DNA from: Bacillota bacterium
Lineage (GTDB): Bacteria > Macinerneyibacteriota > Macinerneyibacteria > Macinerneyibacteriales > DSCS01
Direction: 5' to 3'
Assembly: GCA_011048995.1 (NCBI GenBank)
Contig: DSCS01000026.1
Location: 2,765 to 66,764, forward strand
Length of the DNA: 64,000 bases
Part shown: in pieces, positions 30,401 through 40,164 of the stretch
Position numbering within the stretch: the first letter of the stretch is position 1
How the letters are laid out: each line of letters starts with the position of its first letter
Position numbers and translations under genes: made by a program
The notes under the pieces: generated by a model
The model's database searches: none
What the model was told of the DNA's origin: nothing
The model's input: the letters and a program-made list of their open reading frames with translations, nothing else

Positions 30401-32518
30401 GTGAATTATTATGCAAATAATGGAGATATTTATTATGCATGGCGCCGCTATGCCCAGGCATTGAGTTATTACGAGCGCGTGGCGTCTGAATGTGAAAAAC
30501 AGCATCTGTATAATTATGAGTACTTTGATGCGATGTTAAAAAAAATAAGGATTCTTTATTTTGACAAAGGGAGAAAGACTGAGGCCCGAAATCTTTTTCA
30601 GCATCTGAAGAAATTAAAAGAAAGTTCTCATGTTGAATTGGGGGATATTGATTTTGACTATGCAGGGATTTCTTTCCTGCAATCTGATGATGAAAAGATC
30701 ACAATGCTGGAGCGTTTGCTGGCCCGTTATAAAAAAGAAAAAAATAACGGCCAGATCTTAAGAATGCTGATAGAACTCTCCCAGCTTTATGAAAAAAGAG
30801 AGTTCAATTTTCGTCTTTATGAGATCCTCACAGATATTCTCTTTTATGAGCAGCATATAAAAAGCAATTTTCCTAAAGGTTATCTTGTCTTCTATCAGAA
30901 GACAAGACTTTGTCGTGAAATACAGGACTGTAAGAGGGCTGTAGCTCAGCGGCTGAAAATCCCCCTGTCAAGGATCACCTTTCCCTTTATCAAAAAACTC
31001 TGGTCAGATGAATATGCCGATAATATTTTTCGTTTTTACCGTAAAGAAATGCTTTCACTCATTGAAAGATGGAAGTATGATTTCACGGGCATAGACGAGA
31101 ATATTAAAATCGTTCTCAATTTTATTATGGATTTTGCCCGGGCAGACCGTGTTACTCTCTTTGTCCGAAATGAGACAGAGCGTTATCATCCGCTTTTTGA
31201 GCAGGTGGCACGTCCTCTCTATGAAGATGGAGAATACAGGAATGACCTCCTTGTCTCCGCACTTCAGTCACCACGGCATATCCACGTCAAAAATTACAGT
31301 CATTTTTCATCCTCGATAGTGACCGCCGGGCTTTTTCCCGTTGTTGACCTCGGATATAGCGAAGAGGGCGGGGAGAACGGCGGAGAAGAAACTCTTTTGG
31401 AAGATTCTGTCCGTGGTTTGATTTATATCGATACGAAAAAGTATTGCAATCATATCCAAAAAGGGCTGACGGAATTCATTTTTCCGTTGATTCAATACCT
31501 TAGCATCCTGTTGCGTTATCGTGAGTTAAGAGATGAGATCATTCTCTGTCCTTTGACCGGAGTGATGACACGTTATTTCTTTTTAAATACGTTGAAAAAA
31601 AAGATTGCCCGAAGAAGAAAAGACGAGACCCTCGGCTTTATGCTGGTCGATATCGATCACATGACTGAGCTGAATCAGAAATTCGGAGAAATCGAAGGAG
31701 ACCGGATCATCAAACGTGTAGCGGGAGTCATTGTTTCCTATGCGAAAAGCAACGATATTATCGGCCGCTACATGGGGGAAGAATTCGCCATAGCCCATTC
31801 CCGTATATCCAAAGGGCAATTGCTTGACAAAGCGGAGCATCTTATAAAACTGATCAAAGAGGATTCGGAATTAGCCCGCTACGGGGCCACAGTCAGCATC
31901 GGGCTCAGTTATATTCCGGATCACGGAGAAAAAGCGGATATCGTTTTGGCTAAAGGGATCGCCGCATTGAATGCGGCTAAAAAAAGCGAGCGGGCTGTTG
32001 TCCTTTGGGAGGAAAAATACGGGATCTATAAGGGGAAACATGATATTTTGGCCGGGATTGTAACCGGTGACATTGCATTGACTGAAGACGTCATCAGAAA
32101 CCTCGTTGAATTGGCTATGCTTGCCCCGGAATCTGAAGAAGCCTTTTTCCAGACAATTTTAGGCATGATCAGCCGTTTTATTGATTACGATTTTATTGAT
32201 TTCTCCTTTGGCGTCAGAGGCCGGACTTTCGAGTATCGGGACAAGGGCATCAAAACCATTGAAAAATATGTGGAGCATGCCGGGAAAATCAAGGACACCC
32301 TCATTGCCATCAACTGGAAGTATGAGGAAGGGCGACAGGGTCTCTATTCGGATCTTATTCATGTGGCGGAGGAAAGAGGCATTTCTTTGAAAATCTATCT
32401 GTCCAGCCCTATGGAGAAGAAAGAATATACCTATATCGAGGCGAATCTTCTCTCCATTGTCACGCAGCTTATCATCAGCCATTTGCGCTATTTAGCCATG
32501 AACACTCTTGACGAATGA
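27476..32518 (+). CDS. Large multidomain signalling protein. In order: an N-terminal Ser/Thr-kinase-like domain with degenerate catalytic motifs (pseudokinase), a degenerate P-loop NTPase/STAND-like region, TPR repeats, a GAF-like domain, a GGDEF domain (motif RYMGEEF), and a C-terminal GAF-like domain
   Basis: N-terminal INDRYELRKKMAEEGNTSFYLARD resembles kinase subdomains I-II with GxGxxG/VAIK replaced. Central FFGDTSSLK / VVLHVQNIVGMDD resemble Walker A/B remnants. Multiple TPR-like YYERALEMA repeats. Canonical GGDEF fold residues (LVDIDHM...GD.I...RYMGEEF...TVSIGL). The ORF-track start TTG 27461 overlaps the ADH stop; ATG 27476 preferred. Confidence 0.7.
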   Translation: MKIINDRYELRKKMAEEGNTSFYLARDRFKSKAVLLRIFDTMRDVLDKFASYHQLIRVKHPSLLEYYNYEKVWFFDEKMTYSNYYILISEYVSRESFAGLLEKGNFSEDEVMELMSHFWKALFYLYKQKLYIYDFPEMSLIIQQRKRLKIDLLGLDVSSSFESEKFLGLCRSIAGFLETYPYPSKRLDDYRRRLSSFSGASLGEWFDEMEAGGFFKGNRYSYFYEKKEWSACEMGLSLHSEILRDLYTFQSRRNSKIAFIFFGDTSSLKEVVIRDFLEFLKYEKYLKIEIIMQDFYDFLKYLFECVSHYRLREDLNKIITRQFSLYNETLNEQYLLNVQSYLLELLFDFSITKKVVLHVQNIVGMDDKINRFLNMMLHVKQRGNIVFLFDAGMEKNRFHVFYKDPRFEIVTKEYSRLSHEEVRSMLAHLFDNGISLEPLENLLLHYEINRAEKVIGFIQKMVEKNLLSIDDKHKILFINSAGVEKSLPYLLADDSLDKKVRYLRREEKEILWYLSHSRKIMKLDELISLLQCDQEEALAFLGSLRAHAYIDEIWEQETAYYRIVRNDLKEYFLKNSLEEASDFREKFIVFLENQKADPLQAMNLIQIHMELEAYSKALENISRLLKIYHLGINDMNELQAWLERIGREEGRVDMRLYQQTRLHLMLAIGDEKGIQAFVSDHVQLKQFLKEKEKRLFSVYLVIRALEGFIGRGTGATSQLRRLKRKIERWPENPDLLFLMHYIDYLVAPSSEKESRGEALLNALVSGMPWFLYQSALLTATDFYVAGSYERVRRQLERFLSLLETEDTSDELSAVVIQAFFLMGNINLNTGDASKALGYYERALEMARDMGSYRDQIKAHNNIASAKYYIGYSYETIIYELNKSVNLGKKSGDEISIVVPLSNIAELYADNFYYKEAYKTIAEAMRYVKKSDARRYLVVLDQLIAIIIQMGDYKKARYLSSLMKKSAKSATYWQYLVNYYANNGDIYYAWRRYAQALSYYERVASECEKQHLYNYEYFDAMLKKIRILYFDKGRKTEARNLFQHLKKLKESSHVELGDIDFDYAGISFLQSDDEKITMLERLLARYKKEKNNGQILRMLIELSQLYEKREFNFRLYEILTDILFYEQHIKSNFPKGYLVFYQKTRLCREIQDCKRAVAQRLKIPLSRITFPFIKKLWSDEYADNIFRFYRKEMLSLIERWKYDFTGIDENIKIVLNFIMDFARADRVTLFVRNETERYHPLFEQVARPLYEDGEYRNDLLVSALQSPRHIHVKNYSHFSSSIVTAGLFPVVDLGYSEEGGENGGEETLLEDSVRGLIYIDTKKYCNHIQKGLTEFIFPLIQYLSILLRYRELRDEIILCPLTGVMTRYFFLNTLKKKIARRRKDETLGFMLVDIDHMTELNQKFGEIEGDRIIKRVAGVIVSYAKSNDIIGRYMGEEFAIAHSRISKGQLLDKAEHLIKLIKEDSELARYGATVSIGLSYIPDHGEKADIVLAKGIAALNAAKKSERAVVLWEEKYGIYKGKHDILAGIVTGDIALTEDVIRNLVELAMLAPESEEAFFQTILGMISRFIDYDFIDFSFGVRGRTFEYRDKGIKTIEKYVEHAGKIKDTLIAINWKYEEGRQGLYSDLIHVAEERGISLKIYLSSPMEKKEYTYIEANLLSIVTQLIISHLRYLAMNTLDE

Positions 32519-32558
32519 ATTTCTCCTGCTATGGTGAGTATCATCGAGGGAGGTGAGC

Positions 32559-33098
32559 GTGGAATTTTACACTCGATTTGTACAGGATCATGTTATTCTT
32601 TCATCCTTTTTTCAGTTTTTTATTCTGGGAATGGTCGGAGAATGCCTCGGATTGCGTATTGCGGGGAAAAACCCCTTTCGGGCCATGACCTTTCTTCAGT
32701 TTGTTCTCAAGATGGTGGCCTGGGGTTTTCTGGGAATTCTGATCAAATATGCTTTTACAGGATTTGTCGGTTTTGCGGGCTCTCTGGGAGAAAAGGGGCT
32801 TGTGGGCTCTCTCTTCTTCACGAAAGCCGGGAAGGCCTTTTTGATATCATTTGCAATGAATATCCTCTTTGGACCGCAAATGATGACATTTCATCGCCTG
32901 ACCGATAATTGGATTATGAAAACCGGGGAGTTTTCGGGCCTGAAAAGTTCATTTCTGACGCTTCTTTGGTTTTGGATTCCGGCTCATACTGTGACGTTTC
33001 TTCTGCCGGAAGAGTACCGTATCGGGCTGGCAGCCTTATGGTCTGTTGTTTTAGGGCTTATTATGGGCTTTTATAAAAGGAAAGGGGCTCATGGATAA
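32559..33098 (+). CDS. Hypothetical polytopic membrane protein. Start uncertain (GTG 32553 or 32559)
   Basis: Hydrophobic 180-aa ORF upstream of, and overlapping, rseC-like gene. Alternative-frame ORF 32531-32908 judged spurious. Confidence 0.45.
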   Translation: MEFYTRFVQDHVILSSFFQFFILGMVGECLGLRIAGKNPFRAMTFLQFVLKMVAWGFLGILIKYAFTGFVGFAGSLGEKGLVGSLFFTKAGKAFLISFAMNILFGPQMMTFHRLTDNWIMKTGEFSGLKSSFLTLLWFWIPAHTVTFLLPEEYRIGLAALWSVVLGLIMGFYKRKGAHG

Positions 33099-33516
33099 AA
33101 AAGGAGTCGTTGATTCCATAGGGGCACAGAACGCCGTAATCCGGGTCTACCCCGAGGAGGGTTGCAGTCATTGCGGGCTTTGTGATGCCTGTCAGGATCT
33201 TCTTTTAAAAAAGGAGCGGCTTCCCGCCGGGTTGCGGCCCGGGGACGCCGTATGGGTCAGGACTTCGGTTTCTTTTTATCGGGTGATCGCCCTTTTGTAC
33301 GGGCTGCCGCTTTTGTCCCTTATTGCAGGATATGTCGCAGGACAGCTTCTCTTTCCCGGGAGAGGAGAATGGCCGGGGATAGCCGGAGCCGTTCTGGGGT
33401 TTGCTTTCAGCCTGCAGGTTGTGAGGATTAGGGGGCATCGTTTAGACAGCAAAGAGAATATACAGATACTCCCCTTTGATGAAAGTTATTGCGGGGGGAA
33501 AGGGGAGAGCGGATGA
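33091..33516 (+). CDS. RseC/MucC-family protein (SoxR-reducing system component-like). N-terminal CxxCxxC..C domain plus 2 TM
   Basis: GCSHCGLCDACQ motif followed by two hydrophobic helices, about 140 aa. Confidence 0.6.
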   Translation: MDKKGVVDSIGAQNAVIRVYPEEGCSHCGLCDACQDLLLKKERLPAGLRPGDAVWVRTSVSFYRVIALLYGLPLLSLIAGYVAGQLLFPGRGEWPGIAGAVLGFAFSLQVVRIRGHRLDSKENIQILPFDESYCGGKGESG

Positions 33517-35714
33517 AAAGCCTCATTGTCGTCGAGTCACCGACGAAAGTGAAAACCATCAAAAAGATTGTTGGGAGAAAATACGATGTTGTCGCTACAG
33601 TCGGACATATTATTGACCTTCCCAAATCCAAGTTGGGCCTGGATGAAGAGACTTTAGAGCCCCAATATGTGACAATCAAAGGAAAAGGCCCGGTATTGAA
33701 GGACATCCTTTCTAAAGCGGCTTCCAAAGATTCTGTTATCATTGCCACTGACCCGGATAGAGAGGGGGAGGCCATTGCCTGGCATGTCCGGAGCAAGCTG
33801 GAAGGTAAAAATATTCCTGTCCGCAGGGCCCGATTCAATGAAATTACAGAAACGGGGATTTTGCAGGCTCTGGAGGATCTTACGGACATCGATATGAACA
33901 TGGTCTATTCTCAGCAAGCCCGCCGCATCTTAGACCGTTTGGTGGGTTATAAGATCAGTCCTCTTTTATGGAGAATCCTTTATAAAGGCCTCTCTGCCGG
34001 GAGGGTGCAGTCCGCGGCTTTGCGTCTTGTCGTCGAACGCGAACTTGAGATCCGCAGCTTTTTAAAAGAGACCTATTGGGATGTGTTTTGTGAGTTTGAC
34101 GGAGTCAAGGCAAAATTGACCAAATTGGAAGGTAAAAAGGCCGATATCAAAGAAAAGAAGGCCATGGAAAGCCTTCTGGAACAATTGAGGCAAGATGATT
34201 TTATCATCGTTAAAGCTCAGGAAAAAGAGAGTCCCCGCCGCCCTTTGCCGCCCTTTCGGACGAGTACCCTTCAGCAGGAGGCGTATAACAGACTGGGTTA
34301 TTCGGCTAAAAAGACCATGATGTTGGCCCAGAGACTTTATGAAGGGATTTCACTTCCCACCGGGAATGCCGGATTGATCACCTATATGCGGACGGATTCT
34401 CTGCGGGTCTCCTCTGAAGCGTTGACAAAAGTCAGGGATTTTGTGCAGAAGCGATTCGGGGAAGAGTATTGTCCGGCAAAACCGAACTTTTACGGCAAAG
34501 CCAAAGGAAACAAAATACAGGATGCCCATGAAGCTATTCGTCCCGCTGACATCAATATTGATCCTGAAAAGATAAAAGAACATCTGGAGCGGGACCTTTA
34601 CCGCCTCTATAAACTGATATGGGACCGATTTGTCGCTTCTCAAATGTCTCCGGCCCGTTACATCAATGCGCTTCTCCATCTTGAAAGCGGACCGGCTCTT
34701 TTTGAAGCAACAGGGAGCAAACGGATATTTGAGGGTTTTGAGAAGGTCTATGCCTTCGGCAAGCGGGAAGAGGCTTTTCTCGATATCAGCCGTTATCACC
34801 CCGGAGATACAATCCGTCCCCAAAAGATATACAGTGAAGAAAAAGAGACATCCCCCCCGCCGTATTATACCGATGCGACCCTGGTTAAAAAATTAGAATC
34901 TATGGGTATCGGTCGTCCTTCCACTTACGCTTCTATTCTCTCTCTTCTGACCAGCCGGAATTATGTGGAGCGGGAGGAGAAGAAATTAAAAGCAACAGAT
35001 CTGGGTATGATCATTACCGATTATCTCAAAAAGCTGTTCCCCAAAATCGTTGATTATGACTTCACACGTCATATGGAAAAAGATCTGGATCTTATTGAAA
35101 ACGGGGAGGTCGAACAGAAAAAGGTTTTAATCGATTTCCATGGGGAGCTGAGTATCTGGCTCAAAAAGGCTGAAGAGGAACTTCCTGCTCTCAAAAAAGA
35201 GACGGTGGAAGAGACTTCTTTGATATGCGATAAGTGCGGAAAACCCATGGTGATCAAATGGGGAAGAAACGGGCGCTTTTTGGCTTGCAGCGGGTACCCC
35301 GACTGCAAAAACACTATGAATTATTCAATCAAAAACGGAGAAATCATTCCGGAAAAAGGCGAAGAGGCTATCGGTGAGGCTTGTCCTCAATGCGGAGGCG
35401 AACTTGTCGTGAAACAAGGCCGTTTCGGGAAATTCATAGCCTGTTCGCGTTATCCGGAATGCCGTTACACACGAAAAATAGAGAATAAGACAGGAGTGCA
35501 TTGCCCCAAATGTCATGAAGGAGACGTTGTCGTCAAACGGACAAAGAAGGGACGTCTTTTCTACGGCTGCAGCCGTTATCCGGAATGTGATTTTGTGAGC
35601 TGGTACAAGCCTGTCGGTGAAAAATGTCCCCAATGTGATAAAGGATTTCTTATTGAAAAGGGGAAGAAAATCCTTTGTTCAGAAAAGGATTGCTCATATG
35701 AAAGACAAAAGTGA
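33513..35714 (+). CDS. topA: DNA topoisomerase I with C-terminal zinc ribbons. Start at ATG 33513 (MKSLIVVESPTK), overlapping rseC-like gene stop
   Basis: TOPRIM (VVESPTKVKTI...ATDPDREGE). C-terminal tetracysteine ribbons (CDKCGKPM, CPQCGG, CPKCHEG, CPQCDKG). Confidence 0.93.
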   Translation: MKSLIVVESPTKVKTIKKIVGRKYDVVATVGHIIDLPKSKLGLDEETLEPQYVTIKGKGPVLKDILSKAASKDSVIIATDPDREGEAIAWHVRSKLEGKNIPVRRARFNEITETGILQALEDLTDIDMNMVYSQQARRILDRLVGYKISPLLWRILYKGLSAGRVQSAALRLVVERELEIRSFLKETYWDVFCEFDGVKAKLTKLEGKKADIKEKKAMESLLEQLRQDDFIIVKAQEKESPRRPLPPFRTSTLQQEAYNRLGYSAKKTMMLAQRLYEGISLPTGNAGLITYMRTDSLRVSSEALTKVRDFVQKRFGEEYCPAKPNFYGKAKGNKIQDAHEAIRPADINIDPEKIKEHLERDLYRLYKLIWDRFVASQMSPARYINALLHLESGPALFEATGSKRIFEGFEKVYAFGKREEAFLDISRYHPGDTIRPQKIYSEEKETSPPPYYTDATLVKKLESMGIGRPSTYASILSLLTSRNYVEREEKKLKATDLGMIITDYLKKLFPKIVDYDFTRHMEKDLDLIENGEVEQKKVLIDFHGELSIWLKKAEEELPALKKETVEETSLICDKCGKPMVIKWGRNGRFLACSGYPDCKNTMNYSIKNGEIIPEKGEEAIGEACPQCGGELVVKQGRFGKFIACSRYPECRYTRKIENKTGVHCPKCHEGDVVVKRTKKGRLFYGCSRYPECDFVSWYKPVGEKCPQCDKGFLIEKGKKILCSEKDCSYERQK

Positions 35715-36582
35715 AGACCCGATAGAGGCTTTTCTGCAGTATTGTGAGACTGAAAGAGGTTATTCATCTCATACGGTTTTGAGTTATCGCAATGATTTAG
35801 AAGAATTCTTCCGGTTCACCCAGCACAGCTATGCTTGTGTCTCCTCTTTGCATATCCGCGAGTTTATAGAGCATCTTTATGATATTGACAGAGAAAGAAC
35901 TACAATTAACAGAAAACTTTCCGCATTGCGCCGTTTCTTCAGATTTCATCTAAGAGAAAATCATATTAAGGAGAACCCTGCGGAAAAAATCACCTCTGCC
36001 AAAGTATTCAAGCGGCTGCCGGATTTTCTGACCATTGAAGAGATGTCTGCTTTGTTGGATCGGTGCCCTGAAGGCACTGAAAAAGAGCTTCGCGACAAGG
36101 CTGTCCTTGAATTGCTTTATGCCACCGGAATGCGTGTCGGAGAGTTGGTCTCCCTGAAAACGAAGGATATACGCTTTGATTCTGCCACTGTGCGTATCCT
36201 GGGAAAAGGCGGGAAGGAAAGGATGGTCCCCCTTCATGAGAAGGCATCAAACCTCATCCGCCGTTATCTTTTTCTTCGCGGTTCTGATCAAAAGACCCTT
36301 TTTCTCAGTATAAGAAAGAACCCTTTGCATGCGCGGGATATCCGGCGCATTTTGAATAATGCCCTTATAGATATGGCTTTTGCCAAGCATATTACACCGC
36401 ATAAGATCCGTCATTCTTTTGCGACACATCTGTTGGAGAAAGGGGCCGACCTCAGAACCGTTCAGGAGTTGCTGGGTCACAGTTCTTTGTCCACAACGCA
36501 GATCTATACACATGTTACCATGGAAAACGTCAAAAATGTCTATCAAAAATGCCACCCCAGAGGAGGCGAAAGAAAAAACTAA
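35698..36582 (+). CDS. xerC: Tyrosine site-specific recombinase XerC/XerD family
   Basis: Catalytic R..HxxR...Y region (HKIRHSFATHLLE...GHSSLSTTQIYTHV). Start at ATG 35698. Confidence 0.85.
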   Translation: MKDKSEDPIEAFLQYCETERGYSSHTVLSYRNDLEEFFRFTQHSYACVSSLHIREFIEHLYDIDRERTTINRKLSALRRFFRFHLRENHIKENPAEKITSAKVFKRLPDFLTIEEMSALLDRCPEGTEKELRDKAVLELLYATGMRVGELVSLKTKDIRFDSATVRILGKGGKERMVPLHEKASNLIRRYLFLRGSDQKTLFLSIRKNPLHARDIRRILNNALIDMAFAKHITPHKIRHSFATHLLEKGADLRTVQELLGHSSLSTTQIYTHVTMENVKNVYQKCHPRGGERKN

Positions 36583-36592
36583 AGGAGTCCTT

Positions 36593-37120
36593 ATGGAATT
36601 TATGGGAACGACCATTATTATGGTACGCCGTGACGGAAAAACGGCCATGGGAGGCGACGGGCAGGTCACATTAGGGAACACCCAGGTCAAAAGCACAGCG
36701 AACAAAGTCAGAAAGGTCAATGACAATGTCCTGGTGGGATTTGCGGGCAGTGTGGCAGATTCCTTTGCTTTGGTTGAGCGTTTTACGGAAAAGGTGAATA
36801 TGTATAAAAACAACCTTCGCCGCGCAGCTGTGGAGCTGGCCAAAGAATGGCGCTCCGATAAAGTCTTGCGCCGCCTGGAAGCGATGATGATCGTGGCCGG
36901 TGCTGATGAGTCCTTTCTCCTTTCGGGAAGCGGGGAAGTCATTGAGGATGAGATCGGGCTATTAGCCATAGGCTCCGGGGGCTCTTTCGCCCATGCAGCC
37001 GCCCGGGCTTTAATGGAGGAAACAGATCTGAGTGCTGAAGAGATCGTAAAAAAGTCATTGGATATAGCAGCAGAGATTTGCATTTATACGAATCATCATA
37101 TCTCTGTCATCTCTTTATAG
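36593..37120 (+). CDS. hslV: ATP-dependent protease subunit HslV (ClpQ). No hslU follows
   Basis: [15 protein letters not shown]...[14 protein letters not shown] proteasome-beta-like Thr protease. The next gene is rph. Confidence 0.85.
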   Translation: MEFMGTTIIMVRRDGKTAMGGDGQVTLGNTQVKSTANKVRKVNDNVLVGFAGSVADSFALVERFTEKVNMYKNNLRRAAVELAKEWRSDKVLRRLEAMMIVAGADESFLLSGSGEVIEDEIGLLAIGSGGSFAHAAARALMEETDLSAEEIVKKSLDIAAEICIYTNHHISVISL

Positions 37121-37128
37121 GGGGGGAA

Positions 37129-37857
37129 ATGCGGTCAGACGGAAGAAAAAACGACGAATTAAGAAAAATAAATCTGATACCCGGGTATATTGCCCATGCC
37201 GAAGGCTCTCTTCTTATCGAATGGGGAGATACCCGTGTGATTTCCACTGTTACTGTCGAAGAGAAGGTCCCGCCTTTTCTGAGAGGCAGCCAAAGCGGGT
37301 GGATTACCGCTGAATACGGTATGCTTCCACGATCCACTCAGATCCGTATGCAGAGAGAGAGTACTCGCGGAAAGCCCGGGGGGCGGACCATGGAGATTCA
37401 AAGACTTATCGGAAGAAGCCTGCGGGGTGTGGTGGATTTGAAGGAGCTGGGAGAAAGGACCTTATGGGTGGACTGTGATGTTATTCAGGCTGACGGGGGA
37501 ACACGTGTCGCTTCCATTACGGCCTCTTTTGTCTCTCTCTATCTGGCTTTGGCCCGCTTAAGAGACCAAGGGAAGATCGCTACTCTTCCGGTGAATCAGT
37601 TTGTGGCGGCGGTCAGTGTGGGAATCTGTGACGGGGTTCCTCTTTTGGATCTTTGTTATGAAGAAGATTCTGCTGCAGAAACGGACATGAATGTCGTTAT
37701 GACTCAGGATGGGAAATTGATTGAGATCCAGGGAACGGCTGAAGGGGTGCCTTTTATGCGAAGTGAGCTGAATGACCTGCTGGACCTGGCCGAAAAGGGA
37801 GTCGCCGATCTTGTCCGTTTACAACAGGAAGTGATCTTTTCACATGTCTCCCCTTGA
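37129..37857 (+). CDS. rph: Ribonuclease PH
   Basis: [12 protein letters not shown]...[13 protein letters not shown] motifs. Confidence 0.9.
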   Translation: MRSDGRKNDELRKINLIPGYIAHAEGSLLIEWGDTRVISTVTVEEKVPPFLRGSQSGWITAEYGMLPRSTQIRMQRESTRGKPGGRTMEIQRLIGRSLRGVVDLKELGERTLWVDCDVIQADGGTRVASITASFVSLYLALARLRDQGKIATLPVNQFVAAVSVGICDGVPLLDLCYEEDSAAETDMNVVMTQDGKLIEIQGTAEGVPFMRSELNDLLDLAEKGVADLVRLQQEVIFSHVSP

Positions 37858-38461
37858 TATCATATTGGCGACAAAGAACGCGGATAAGATCAAAGAAATC
37901 CGCTCGGCCCTTGTCCTTCCGGGAATCCGCTTTATCGAAAACAGGTCTCTTTTGCCTGCTGTCGAGGACGGCGCGACTTTTGTGGAAAATGCCCTGATAA
38001 AAGCACGGAAGGCCTCAGAACAGAGCGGAAAGGCTGCATTAGCGGATGATTCAGGCCTTCAGGTGGACGCTTTACAAGGCGCTCCGGGAATCTATTCAGC
38101 GCGTTTTGCAGGTGAAAACGCCTCTGATCGGGAAAACAATGAAAAATTGCTGAAACTGATGCGTGCTTATCCCGAAAAAGGGCGTGAAGGGCAGTTTTAT
38201 GCTGCCGTTGTCCTCTATTTCCCTTCAGGTGAATGGATTCATGCAGAAGGATCTTGCCGGGGCCTTATTCTGGAATCACCCCGCGGGGGAGGAGGATTCG
38301 GGTATGACCCGCTTTTTTATCTTCCATCCCTGAAAAAGACCATGGCGGAGTTGACCTTGGAAGAAAAAAACGCGCTCAGCCACCGCAGCCGGGCATTAAG
38401 CCGGCTAAGAGAAAAACTCTTTTCGGAGGAATTTCGTTCTCTTCTGAATATCACCCCTTGA
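37844..38461 (+). CDS. rdgB: Non-canonical purine NTP pyrophosphatase RdgB/HAM1
   Basis: [13 protein letters not shown]...conserved Ham1 motifs. Classic rph-rdgB pair. Confidence 0.88.
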   Translation: MSPLDIILATKNADKIKEIRSALVLPGIRFIENRSLLPAVEDGATFVENALIKARKASEQSGKAALADDSGLQVDALQGAPGIYSARFAGENASDRENNEKLLKLMRAYPEKGREGQFYAAVVLYFPSGEWIHAEGSCRGLILESPRGGGGFGYDPLFYLPSLKKTMAELTLEEKNALSHRSRALSRLREKLFSEEFRSLLNITP

Positions 38462-38487
38462 CTTTTTTTTTCTCCCATGTTAGATTA

Positions 38488-38514
38488 TTAGCAGTCAAGC
38501 AAGGTGAGTGCTAA
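38488..38514 (+). promoter_or_regulatory. CIRCE operator (one mismatch in left arm) directly upstream of hrcA
   Basis: TTAGCAGTC-N9-GAGTGCTAA, 3 nt before the hrcA ATG region. Confidence 0.8.
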
Positions 38515-38517
38515 TAT

Positions 38518-39546
38518 ATGGATAATACGAGTTTAAATGCCAGAGAAAAACAAATACTCAGCTACATCGTAGCGGATTATATTTCTACGGGGAAGCCTGT
38601 CAGTTCCCGCTCTTTGTCACGGCATCAGGGCATTGACCTTTCTCCTGCGACCATACGTAATGTGATGGCTGATTTGGAAGAAAAGGGTTATATCTTCCAG
38701 CCTCATATTTCAGCCGGCCGTATTCCCTCGGACCTGGGGTACCGTTTTTATGTGGATAATATGATGCATTTACAGGAGTTGACACTCAGAGAAAAAAAAC
38801 GTATCAGGGAACAATATCAGCAGGAGATCTCAGAGCTGGACAATATCCTGCGTGATACTTCTCTTCTTCTTTCAAAAATATCCGATAAGATCGGTGTCGC
38901 CCTTGTCCCTCATCTGGAAAAAGATATTATTACCTGTTTTACGTTTGTTCCGGTCTCTTCCAACAGGCTTCTTGCTGTGTTGGTCACCCGGTCCGGGATG
39001 ATTAAAGAACATCTTTTCCGCATTACCGGCCCGCTGGTACGGGAGGCCTTGGACCAGGTCAACCGTTATGTCAATGATCTTGTGGTCGGACTCAGTGTGG
39101 AAGAAGCCCTGAGACTGCTCAAAGAAAGCGATATGTTCTCTATCGGAGCCTTTATGTTGGATATTGTAAGAGAGCAGCTGAAAAAAAGCCTGGAGGACGA
39201 AAAAAAAGTTTATGTCGGCGGGCTTGTTGATTTTTTTCAAAAAAAAGCGGGAAACGAAAGCGGGGAGGAGTTTTTATCGGAAGAGATCCTGGCCCGTGTC
39301 CTGGCCTGCCATGATGAGAACGGCAGAGAAAAAAGCCTGGCTGTGACGATCGGAGCCGAAAATCGGATTCAGGCACTTCAGGAGTTTACCTTGATCACAC
39401 GGAGTTTCCATATCCCCGAAGGGCTACAGGGAAAAATCGCGATTGTAGCGGAAAAACGTGTCAATTACGGCCGCATTATTTCTTTGCTTGATTACACAGG
39501 GCAAATACTGGAAGAGATGATGGATGATATATTTAAGGAGGATTGA
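38518..39546 (+). CDS. hrcA: Heat-inducible transcription repressor HrcA
   Basis: N-terminal winged-helix pattern (REKQILSYIVADYISTGKPVSSRSL), 342 aa, precedes grpE-dnaK-dnaJ. Confidence 0.9.
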   Translation: MDNTSLNAREKQILSYIVADYISTGKPVSSRSLSRHQGIDLSPATIRNVMADLEEKGYIFQPHISAGRIPSDLGYRFYVDNMMHLQELTLREKKRIREQYQQEISELDNILRDTSLLLSKISDKIGVALVPHLEKDIITCFTFVPVSSNRLLAVLVTRSGMIKEHLFRITGPLVREALDQVNRYVNDLVVGLSVEEALRLLKESDMFSIGAFMLDIVREQLKKSLEDEKKVYVGGLVDFFQKKAGNESGEEFLSEEILARVLACHDENGREKSLAVTIGAENRIQALQEFTLITRSFHIPEGLQGKIAIVAEKRVNYGRIISLLDYTGQILEEMMDDIFKED

Positions 39547-39548
39547 GA

Positions 39549-40151
39549 ATGACGGACACAGAAAAGAAAACGGATAATCTCAAGGGGGCTCCGGAAAAGG
39601 AACCACAAAAGAAAAAAGGGAAAGAAGGCAGCAGAAAAGAGGCGCTCTTTCAGTGTGAAAAAGAAACAGGGAAATTGAAAAAAGAATTGGAACTCCTGAA
39701 AGAGGAAAAAGGGCGTTTTCACGACAAACTATCCCGTCTTATGGCAGATTTTGAGAATTATAAAAAGAGGATTGAAGAAGATAAAAGCCGCTGGATGAAA
39801 TTAGCCAATGCCGAGATGGCCCGAACCATCTTGCCTGTTCTTGACAATCTGGAATTGGCTATGGAGAGTATGAAAAAAACGGAAGAAGAAGGGGCCGAGA
39901 CCTTGATCCAGGGGTTGGAACTTGTTGTGAAGCAGTTTTACGAGGTCCTTAAGCAGAACGGGATCGAAGTGATCGAAGCGAAGGGAAAACCGTTTAACCC
40001 GGCCTATCATGACGCTATGATGTCGGTCGAAACTGAAGGACAAGAGGATGAAGAGATCATCACAGAAGAGTTTCAGAAGGGTTTTCTTCTCTACGGGACG
40101 GTTATACGGCCTGCCCGTGTTAAAGTATCGAAACGTAAAGTAAAAGAGTAA
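39549..40151 (+). CDS. grpE: Nucleotide exchange factor GrpE
   Basis: Coiled-coil N-terminus, [12 protein letters not shown] GrpE signature. ATG 39549 with AAGGAGG RBS. Confidence 0.9.
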   Translation: MTDTEKKTDNLKGAPEKEPQKKKGKEGSRKEALFQCEKETGKLKKELELLKEEKGRFHDKLSRLMADFENYKKRIEEDKSRWMKLANAEMARTILPVLDNLELAMESMKKTEEEGAETLIQGLELVVKQFYEVLKQNGIEVIEAKGKPFNPAYHDAMMSVETEGQEDEEIITEEFQKGFLLYGTVIRPARVKVSKRKVKE

Positions 40152-40164
40152 AAGGAGGGATACA

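Noticed and set aside
32531-32908. 125-aa ORF in alternative frame to the 32559-33098 membrane protein
   Set aside because: Cys/Gly/Arg-rich low-complexity translation without hydrophobic structure, while the overlapping frame encodes a coherent TM protein with an RBS. Judged spurious.
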